Below are positions 1 through 6,790 of a stretch of DNA of 21,510 bases, piece by piece. Location of the stretch: positions 1 to 21,510 of the forward strand of contig JBHLPW010000073.1 of assembly GCA_048939015.1 (NCBI GenBank), in the 5' to 3' direction. The notes beneath the pieces were generated by a model. The model was not told the DNA's origin. It made no database searches and saw only the letters and a list, made by a program, of their open reading frames with translations. This DNA is from Promethearchaeota archaeon (GTDB lineage: Archaea; Asgardarchaeota; Lokiarchaeia; Sigyniarchaeales; SOKP01). Position numbers and translations under genes: made by a program. How positions within the stretch are numbered: position 1 is the stretch's first letter; every line of letters begins with the position of its first letter.

Positions 1-57
1 CCTATGATCTCCAGAATAAAATTAAATTTTCCTTATTAAACTGATTATGTCTTAATC

Positions 58-430
58 GATATGATCAAATAAAATATCTTATCAAATTCAAAAGGGATTA
101 TTTTTTTCAATTAAAAATTTTTTAATTCACCATTGAATTACCATAAAAACTATAAAAAAGAAGGATTAATCAATATTGATAGTGGAATAATTTTGTTTCT
201 ATAAAAATCAACACTTTTTTTTTGACTGATTGACCATGATATGATCATATAATTGATGTTATCAACATTTATTACGGATCACTTTCATCAATTGTATATT
301 TATTAATTCGCCACTAAATCATAGTCAATCCAATTTAAAATGTTAATTAATCATGCTTAATATTTGAATAATGGTGATCCTAACAAAAACAATTCAAATT
401 TTTAACGTGATCAACCATTGAATGATCATA
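58..430. repeat. Degenerate ~181-bp tandem duplication (about two copies) in non-coding DNA upstream of the histone gene
   Basis: Manual alignment of 58-250 against 238-431 needs one 1-nt gap and gives about 130/193 identities (~67%). Anchors: GATATGATCA at 58/238, TTAATTCRCCAYTRAATYA at 122/303, ATGATCATA at 241/422. Confidence 0.7.
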
Positions 431-517
431 GATGATGAGGATTTTTTTATAACAAAAATTTTTTGTCGTGATTTTTTTTTTATTTATCTCTTCGGAGTCT
501 TCTGATTTGCCATAACA

Positions 518-525
518 TTTAAATA
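518..525 (+). promoter_or_regulatory. Probable TATA box of the histone gene
   Basis: TTTAAATA at 518-525 fits the archaeal TTTAWATA consensus, ~105 nt upstream of the ATG. A GGAGG Shine-Dalgarno at 619-623 suggests a leadered mRNA. The AT-rich background weakens the call. Confidence 0.4.
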
Positions 526-631
526 ACTCTTCAGATATTATATTATCTAAGAAACTTTACTAATAACTTCAAAAAAAATTAAAAATCTAAATTTTTAAAA
601 ATTTTGATTAAAAAAGTTGGAGGAATAAAAA

Positions 632-850
632 ATGGCTAAAAAGAAACATTCTTTCGCATGGAGCCCAATTCGACGATTAATGAAGCAACAGGGTGCTAGC
701 ATTGTAGCTCGAAATGCAGTAGATTTATTAATTGATCATTTAGAAAAAACTGCTACTGCTTTAACTGAACAAGCACGAACCTTTACAATGCATGCGAATA
801 GAAAGAAAATAACTAAAAACGACTTACTATTGTCGATAAAATACAAATAA
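632..850 (+). CDS. Archaeal histone (HMfA/HMfB-like histone fold)
   Basis: 72 aa with PIRRLMK..GA..V...A, HANRKKI...D (H49, R52, D59 equivalents) and C-terminal LLL. GGAGG RBS at 619-623. Confidence 0.95.
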   Translation: MAKKKHSFAWSPIRRLMKQQGASIVARNAVDLLIDHLEKTATALTEQARTFTMHANRKKITKNDLLLSIKYK

Positions 851-883
851 AGAAGTTTATTGGGCTAAAATAACTATTTATAA

Positions 884-900
884 TTTTTTTTTCTTTTTTT
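884..900 (+). terminator. Oligo-T archaeal terminator after the histone gene
   Basis: T9-C-T7 tract 34 nt after the stop codon, between convergent genes. Confidence 0.55.
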
Positions 901-914
901 ATTTATTATATTGA

Positions 915-1490
915 TTAATCTTCTTTAGTCTGTAGACGTTCTCCTAATTTATAATAATTGAAATCTCCTCCTGTAGCCCAAATAATTGGGTGAATCTTCC
1001 TCCAATCAAGTTTCGCATTCCCTTCTTCTTCAATCGTGTATTGAGGATTTACATAAGATTTAATTACTTTTCCAATAATTCCTTCGCCATCCCCATAGTC
1101 GAGAATTTCATTAACTTTGCATTCCATATTTATGGGACATTCTTGAATCATTGGAGCTGTTTTTAATTCTCCGTAAAAATTATTAAAGAGAGAACTTTTA
1201 TCAATATCTCGTCCGGATTTGCTTCCACAAATCTTAGTTTTTTCCACTAAATCCTCTGAAGGAATATTTACGCTAAAGGTCATGTTCTCATGAATTCCGA
1301 TTGCAGTATAGCGTTTTGGATATAAGCTAAAGAAAATATATTTACCAAAATCAAATGGACAACTATAACCAATCACTAGATAATTTGGTTTATTGTGTAC
1401 ATTTGCTCCAACCAAAATCACAGGTAATGGACTGAGTAGATTTCCTTCAATAACTTGTTTATCTGATTCTTCATTATCCATTTTAATCAT
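915..1490 (-). CDS. Flavin reductase-like FMN-binding protein (flavoredoxin family)
   Basis: PLPVILVGA, KPN, YTAIGIHENMTFSVNIPS, CGSKSGRDIDK, APMIQECPINMECKV motifs. The start may be the ATG at 1481. Confidence 0.9.
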   Translation of the reverse strand: MIKMDNEESDKQVIEGNLLSPLPVILVGANVHNKPNYLVIGYSCPFDFGKYIFFSLYPKRYTAIGIHENMTFSVNIPSEDLVEKTKICGSKSGRDIDKSSLFNNFYGELKTAPMIQECPINMECKVNEILDYGDGEGIIGKVIKSYVNPQYTIEEEGNAKLDWRKIHPIIWATGGDFNYYKLGERLQTKED

Positions 1491-1509
1491 AAAAATTTTA
1501 CATTTAACA

Positions 1510-2088
1510 TTATTGTTTATAATTTTTACCTATTTCAAAGGCAGGTGCGAGTTTTGCGCCGACTTTCCAATAATTATTTCGAGAATAAGTAAAAGTATTC
1601 AATTTGGCAAGATCTGGTATCCCTTCTGTTAAATATTTCTCATCCGCATAAGCGTTTACAATTTTACCAATAAAAATTTCATGTCCTTTTTCTACATCAA
1701 CTAATTCTGTCACCTTAATGGTTTTAACAACTTCACATTCTACATTTAGTGGTGATAAAGTTACCATAGGTGCTGTTTTAAGTTCGCCATAAAAAACATT
1801 AAATACTTCAGACTTGTCAACTTCTTTTCCTGAAACAATACCACAAAAATCGACCTTTTCTGCTATATCTTCGGATGGAGTATTAACGCTAAATGTACCA
1901 TTTTCATTAATACCTACGTTTGTATAATGAGTTTCCCAAGAAGCTATTGAAATTAGTGGTGGATCAGCTTCAACAATACCTACATATGCAAGGGTCTCAA
2001 AATTTGGCTTCCCCTTCACGTTTGCTCCAATAAGTGCTACAGGCATAGGAAACAAATAAGCTCTGGGAGTTATTTTACTTTTTTCCAT
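1510..2088 (-). CDS. Flavin reductase-like FMN-binding protein (flavoredoxin family), paralog of the adjacent gene
   Basis: PMPVALIGA, GKPNF, HYTNVGINENGTFSVNTPS, CGIVSGKEVDK, APMV...PLNVECEV, HEIFIGKI motifs. Confidence 0.92.
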   Translation of the reverse strand: MEKSKITPRAYLFPMPVALIGANVKGKPNFETLAYVGIVEADPPLISIASWETHYTNVGINENGTFSVNTPSEDIAEKVDFCGIVSGKEVDKSEVFNVFYGELKTAPMVTLSPLNVECEVVKTIKVTELVDVEKGHEIFIGKIVNAYADEKYLTEGIPDLAKLNTFTYSRNNYWKVGAKLAPAFEIGKNYKQ

Positions 2089-2133
2089 TAAATTCCACTT
2101 TTATTAATTTATAATATATATAATAGATAATAT

Positions 2134-2178
2134 TAACATAAATAGATGATAAGCTTGAACTTAGAAGGAACTTTGAAC
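2134..2178 (-). promoter_or_regulatory. 45-bp promoter/operator module, copy A (upstream of the flavoredoxin pair)
   Basis: + strand TAACATAAATAGATGATAAGCTTGAACTTAGAAGGAACTTTGAAC, 36/45 identical to 3305-3349. Contains an 11-bp-period (T/G)GAACTT direct repeat. Confidence 0.65.
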
Positions 2179-2205
2179 TCATTTTCTAATTTTGAACCAT
2201 AACAT

Positions 2206-3189
2206 CTAATTTCTTTTAATCTCTTTCTCTCTCACAATAATGATAATTGATATGATGATGATAATAATTCCAATAAGCTGATATATTGTAAAAACATCTC
2301 CGAGAATAATAAATGAAAAAAATGCTGCAGAAAATGGTGTAAGGGAATTAATAACTGTAGCGGTACCAATTTGTAGATAGGTAAGTGTTTTATACCAAAG
2401 ATATAAACTAAAACCATAATCTAACCCCATAACTAAAAAAAATATAAAGTTATTAGGATTGAGCACAATATTTAAGTTTTCTAAAGGGAAAAAAATAAGA
2501 TAGCTAGTTAGTAATAAAATCCCACTCATTAAATTCCGCATAAATACAATTTGAGTTGGATAAAATTCATTTTTATCAAATTTTATCTTAGTTAATGTAT
2601 GAATAAATGTGAAAAGAGCTACACTCACAAATAAAATCAGGACTCCAATATTTAATTCATCCAAGTTAGAAAAACCTTGAGTTAATGCAAAAATTAGACC
2701 GATAAATAGAATAAAACAAAAAATTAGTTGAATTTTAGTGACTTTTTCATTTAAGATTAGAAATCCAAATAATAATCCAAATATTATTTCACACTTTAAG
2801 ATGATAGAGCTATTTGTTGGCCCCGCAAGTTCATAACCAATATATAAAAAAATTGGAATAAAGGTAAAAGTGAATCCTATTAATACTAATAATTTTATAT
2901 TATCTTTTTTTTTCCAACTATTCAATAAAGAATATACATTTTTTTTATTATTTTTATCGGTTTGTTGAATTGATATCAGTCTTTTTCTTTCAAAATAGTA
3001 GAATGGAAGGAATATTAATGCCTCAATTAATGATGTAATTGCGGCAAAAATATAAGGATCTATAATTGATGGTCTTGAATTAGAAATGACAGGTTGCAAC
3101 CCTATTAAAAAAACCCCTATTGTTCCAAAAATTATTCCTTTCTTGATATTTGTATCCAAGCTATCCACATTAACACTTTTTATTCTCAA
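2206..3189 (-). CDS. DMT/EamA family transporter
   Basis: About ten hydrophobic segments in two repeats, with LLFGFLILNEKVT and FFSFIILGDVFTIYQLIG EamA signatures. TTG start. Confidence 0.9.
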   Translation of the reverse strand: MRIKSVNVDSLDTNIKKGIIFGTIGVFLIGLQPVISNSRPSIIDPYIFAAITSLIEALIFLPFYYFERKRLISIQQTDKNNKKNVYSLLNSWKKKDNIKLLVLIGFTFTFIPIFLYIGYELAGPTNSSIILKCEIIFGLLFGFLILNEKVTKIQLIFCFILFIGLIFALTQGFSNLDELNIGVLILFVSVALFTFIHTLTKIKFDKNEFYPTQIVFMRNLMSGILLLTSYLIFFPLENLNIVLNPNNFIFFLVMGLDYGFSLYLWYKTLTYLQIGTATVINSLTPFSAAFFSFIILGDVFTIYQLIGIIIIIISIIIIVREKEIKRN

Positions 3190-3208
3190 TTAATATTATA
3201 GGTTTTAA

Positions 3209-3254
3209 TAACATAAATAGGTGAAATTCTTGAACTATGTATGAATTCTTGTTC
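3209..3254 (-). promoter_or_regulatory. 45-bp promoter/operator module, copy B (upstream of EamA)
   Basis: TAACATAAATAGGTGAAATTCTTGAACTATGTATGAA, 29/37 identical to copy A. The minus-strand TTTATG begins 28 nt before the TTG start, which is leaderless-promoter geometry. Confidence 0.6.
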
Positions 3255-3304
3255 TCAATTCTGTTTTCATTTTTGCTTTCTTTGAGTTTATTTATAATAC
3301 CTTA

Positions 3305-3349
3305 TAACATTTATCGATGAAAATGATGAACTTAGAATGAACTTTAAAC
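3305..3349 (-). promoter_or_regulatory. 45-bp promoter/operator module, copy C
   Basis: TAACATTTATCGATGAAAATGATGAACTTAGAATGAACTTTAAAC, with a perfect TGAACTT-N4-TGAACTT at 3327-3344. Confidence 0.6.
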
Positions 3350-3523
3350 AAAATGTCAAATTTTCTAATCTGTTCTCCATTACCAATTAAATTCTCCTAA
3401 TTTTTAATCAGAATTAATGGTTTGATAATGTAGTTTAAAAACTTTGTTAGAAAATATGTATTAACCATAAAGATTATTTTAAGTCTTTTATTACTTATAT
3501 TGGGAATTGATTAAATATCAATT

Positions 3524-4171
3524 ATGAGCAAAAAACTTACTATGACTGAAACTAATGATATAACTTTTAATGGAGAGACAAAAAGAATTTTGTTTCAATC
3601 CATGGAACTGATAATGAACAATATTAAAGCTAATATAGATCATTTAGACAAGAATTTTAAGTATACAAAAAAATTTATTGATTTAGTCCACGATGGGTTA
3701 GTTAATAATCGTAAGTTTTTCTTATTAGCATCTGGTAGAAGTGCTTTCATATTACAATGTTTTGCTACGCGTTTGGTCCATTTAGGAGCCGAAGTCCATA
3801 TAGTTACAAACTTAGCAAGCATGCCAGCATTAAGAAAGAAAGATATTTTAATTGTACTCTCAGGTTCTGGAACTACAGGTATAGTTGTTAGTTTATTAAA
3901 TAACTACGTAAATACAGTAAAGCCATATGGAATTGTCACTATTACTAGTCATCCTGAAACAGTAATTGGGAGGATAGGAGACATTACAATTAAACTTAAA
4001 GGCAGAACTAAAAGAGATCCAGCAGTAGGTGATGATGCAGTATTAGCTCCTGAAGGAACTATGTTTGAAATTGCGGCTTTTTGTTATCTAGATGCTATAA
4101 TAGCAGAATTAGCAATCAAAATGGGTAAAACAGATAAAGATTTACTCGATAAACATTCTCAAAGTACTTAA
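3524..4171 (+). CDS. hxlB: SIS-domain 6-phospho-3-hexuloisomerase-like protein
   Basis: ASGRS..I...FATRLVHLG, DILIVLSGSGTT, ITSHPET.IG and APEGTMFE motifs typical of PHI/HxlB. Confidence 0.85.
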   Translation: MSKKLTMTETNDITFNGETKRILFQSMELIMNNIKANIDHLDKNFKYTKKFIDLVHDGLVNNRKFFLLASGRSAFILQCFATRLVHLGAEVHIVTNLASMPALRKKDILIVLSGSGTTGIVVSLLNNYVNTVKPYGIVTITSHPETVIGRIGDITIKLKGRTKRDPAVGDDAVLAPEGTMFEIAAFCYLDAIIAELAIKMGKTDKDLLDKHSQST

Positions 4172-4184
4172 ATTAATATCATTC

Positions 4185-4199
4185 TTTTTTTAGTTTTTT
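4185..4199 (+). terminator. Oligo-T terminator after hxlB
   Basis: T7-AG-T6 tract 14 nt after the stop codon. Confidence 0.5.
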
Positions 4200-4234
4200 C
4201 ATCTCAAAACTTTGTACTAATTAAATGATATGAA

Positions 4235-4242
4235 TTATATAT
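4235..4242 (+). promoter_or_regulatory. TATA box for the H/ACA sRNA
   Basis: TTATATAT starts ~27 nt upstream of the hairpin 5' end, the expected archaeal spacing. Confidence 0.55.
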
Positions 4243-4261
4243 CCTATTAAATAATATTAAT

Positions 4262-4332
4262 TGTGCCCATTTATAGTGTCTCTATGAGAAAATTCTTTCA
4301 ATGATTATTGATCTCCAAATGGGCACACATAT
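4262..4332 (+). ncRNA. Archaeal single-hairpin box H/ACA pseudouridylation guide RNA, predicted target 23S rRNA helix 69 U1911 (E. coli numbering)
   Basis: Lower stem GTGCCCATTT(4263-72)/AAATGGGCAC(4317-26) followed by ACA (4327-29). K-turn: U4285.U4305, G4286.A4304, A4287.G4303, bulge AAU 4300-02, capped by GAAA/UUUC. There are 14 nt between the pocket top and ACA. Pocket arms TTATAGT and CTCC are complementary to GGAG-UA-ACUAUAA. Confidence 0.85.
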
Positions 4333-4360
4333 TATTGTAATTTTATTTAAAGCGCACACT

Positions 4361-5230
4361 TTAAATGAGTAATGCACCAAATGCTGCGCAAAATTCAGAA
4401 TTTTTCAGAAATATAGCTTTCTTATTATTAACTTTGCATATTAGGGACAATAATTTCTTCAAAATCTTATTTTCTTTTAAAAATCCTCCACAAAAGACAA
4501 TATTTGACACATCATTATTATCAGCAATTATAGTAGCGATTGTACCTAAATTTTCACCAATAAGACAAATAAAAGAATTAATGAAATCTTCTTTATTCGA
4601 TGAAGCAATATTAAACTCGCTGGTAATCTTACCCAATGAAGCAGCAGTGAATTCTCTGAATAATAAATCGACCCTATTGTCTTCCGGAGAATAAATATCA
4701 GAAACTTTTAGATCCACATTATATCTATTTCCTTTTCTTGCCAGATTTAAAGCTTCTTGGTAATCTTTCAGATTAAAAAGGGCATTTATTAAACCCATAA
4801 AAAATCCTCCCCCGAGGGCAGAACCACCTAAATGGGTATACTTATCATCATTTAATACAATTGAAGTTCCAGTACCTATGGTTACTATTAATGTCCGAGG
4901 AAGTTCTTTATTCTTTTCAATTTTATAGAGTAATTCAATCCCCTTGACATTTGCTTCGAATTCATTTACGATTTTTGTTTTAGTATCTTTTGAATATTCT
5001 TTATATAGGTTAAAACTTTTTCCTCCTGTAAAATTAAAAGACTCTACTGTAGCTTTTTTAGAATTTAGGAATTCTTCAATTTTTTGGACCCTATTTTGAG
5101 TTGGAAAAGAAAAAAAAGTCAATTCATTACTTTCAAAATAAGCAATTTTCGAAAGCGTTTGTCCCATATCAACGCCAATTCTATCTGATGGAATTTGAAG
5201 TACATTTTCGTTAATACTAATTTTTGACAT
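4361..5230 (-). CDS. Type II pantothenate kinase (Fumble/CoaW-like, ASKHA fold)
   Basis: GVDMGQTLSK, FTGG, NEFEANVKG, IGTGTS, GGSALGGG, GNRYNVDLKVSDIY, TAASLGK and FCGGF motifs. ATG 5230 preferred over GTG 5242; 289 aa. Confidence 0.88.
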   Translation of the reverse strand: MSKISINENVLQIPSDRIGVDMGQTLSKIAYFESNELTFFSFPTQNRVQKIEEFLNSKKATVESFNFTGGKSFNLYKEYSKDTKTKIVNEFEANVKGIELLYKIEKNKELPRTLIVTIGTGTSIVLNDDKYTHLGGSALGGGFFMGLINALFNLKDYQEALNLARKGNRYNVDLKVSDIYSPEDNRVDLLFREFTAASLGKITSEFNIASSNKEDFINSFICLIGENLGTIATIIADNNDVSNIVFCGGFLKENKILKKLLSLICKVNNKKAIFLKNSEFCAAFGALLI

Positions 5231-5313
5231 CCTTATTATCACTTAACTTAAAATTCAATACTTTCATTATTTTATATTATTAATTTAATATATGAATTTT
5301 GTAAAATTTTGTC

Positions 5314-6786
5314 ATGCTAAGTCAATCAAAATCGAAGAAAAATGAAGTTGTTATCAGTAAAGCTGAAACTCCAAAAGAAAGCTTAATTAAAGGAATTGAA
5401 ATACTTGGAGGAATTTCTAAATTTATTGGTAACGAGGACCAAGTTTTCATAAAGTTCAATTTAAATTTACCAGGAGGATTTCCTACAAACACTAATTTTG
5501 AAGTGATAGAAGGACTTATTAAATCTTGTAAGGAGGCAGGAGCAAGTAAAATCTATTTGGGTAGTTTTCCTGTGAAAGGGATTCCAATTAATGTCATTTC
5601 AGAAATACTGAGCTTGAAAGAGTATTTTAACTCTATTGGCGCAGAATTAGTATTTCTAGATAATAGTAATTATTATGGGAAAAAAGAAGTTAATTTAGAA
5701 CAATTAAAAAAAATAAAAAGAGATTCATTTACAAAAGTTAATTTAAATGATAATGATTATTCGATTCCAAATATAATTTTAAATTCAGATAAATTTATTT
5801 CGGTTAATCAGGTAAACGTGAATCCATTATTTAAAATAAATTTAGCACTATTAAATTCATATTCTATTATTCCTTCAAAATCTCGGGAAGTTAAAAATAA
5901 TGAAAATAGTATTCATGAATATAATTCCAAGAATCAATATAAAAAGGATTTTATTTCTAATATCCTAAAGATTTATACAGTTAAACAACCAGATTTAGTT
6001 GTAAACGATTTATTTTATATATTAGATGGTGCAGGTCCTTTTATTTATAAGGATTCTAATTTAAGAAAGACAAAATTAATGATTATAGGAAATGATACAA
6101 TTTCAGTTGATTTAGTTACTTTAAAACTTCTAAATATCGAACCCAATGATAATGATTTAATAAAACAAGCACGAACCATGGATTTTACTGTACCTGAAAT
6201 TTCAAATATTAAAATTTTAGGAGAAAAAATTGAAGAAAATAGAGTTAATATTGATTTATGTGTTCCAAAAATAGAAAACATTAAGCTTCAAAACATATCT
6301 ACCTATCCAGGAAATTACTGTTCTGGATGCTACAAACAAGCTTATCATTTTCTAAATTTCATGAAAACATATATGGTAAAAGATTTAAAATATAATCCTG
6401 ATAATTGCTTTTTAATTGGTGAAAATCCTTTGGTGCCAGATAAATCTGGAAATATTATCCTATTCGGGGATTGTGCTATAAATAGCACAGAAAACTATAA
6501 ATTTAGAAAAATTGTAATTGAGAATAAAAAACAAAATAAAAAACAAAATAAAAATAAGCATCCTAAAAAACCTGAATCGAAAAAGAAGCCTAGAATCAAA
6601 GAAAAACCTAATAAAGATATCTTAGAATTACATGGATGCCCTCCTGACATTTATACATGTTTTGATTTATTAATAAATTATTATGGGAAAAAAAATCTCC
6701 CTAACGTAAATTTACTTACAAAAATGAATGACTTTTGGATCAATGGGAAATTAAATAAAGAACTAAAGACTTGGGAGGGACTTTAA
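5314..6786 (+). CDS. DUF362-domain protein with C-terminal Cys cluster (putative Fe-S protein)
   Basis: LGGISKFI...DQVFIKFN, TNTN.EVI, PDLVVND...LDGAGP, D.ISVD; C-terminal CSGC...GDCA...GCPP. Confidence 0.78.
   Translation: MLSQSKSKKNEVVISKAETPKESLIKGIEILGGISKFIGNEDQVFIKFNLNLPGGFPTNTNFEVIEGLIKSCKEAGASKIYLGSFPVKGIPINVISEILSLKEYFNSIGAELVFLDNSNYYGKKEVNLEQLKKIKRDSFTKVNLNDNDYSIPNIILNSDKFISVNQVNVNPLFKINLALLNSYSIIPSKSREVKNNENSIHEYNSKNQYKKDFISNILKIYTVKQPDLVVNDLFYILDGAGPFIYKDSNLRKTKLMIIGNDTISVDLVTLKLLNIEPNDNDLIKQARTMDFTVPEISNIKILGEKIEENRVNIDLCVPKIENIKLQNISTYPGNYCSGCYKQAYHFLNFMKTYMVKDLKYNPDNCFLIGENPLVPDKSGNIILFGDCAINSTENYKFRKIVIENKKQNKKQNKNKHPKKPESKKKPRIKEKPNKDILELHGCPPDIYTCFDLLINYYGKKNLPNVNLLTKMNDFWINGKLNKELKTWEGL
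6523..6552 (+). repeat. In-frame 12-bp tandem repeat AATAAAAAACAA x2.5 (NKKQ)
   Basis: Copies at 6523-6534 and 6535-6546, partial copy at 6547-6552, inside a Lys-rich insertion. Confidence 0.7.
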
Positions 6787-6790
6787 TAAA

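Noticed and set aside
432-505. Possible box C/D sRNA (ATGATGA at 432, CTGA at 502, UUCG hairpin CTCTTCGGAG)
   Set aside because: The interior has long oligo-T tracts likely to terminate transcription and no clear D'/C' boxes. The terminal stem is weak, and the putative guide has a mismatch to the 23S AAGACCCCG region next to the target position.
4262-4327. Inverted repeat read as a simple terminator or MITE end, or a small minus-strand ORF
   Set aside because: K-turn, ACA, spacing and rRNA complementarity explain it better as an H/ACA RNA. The minus-strand reading frame stops early and has no motif.
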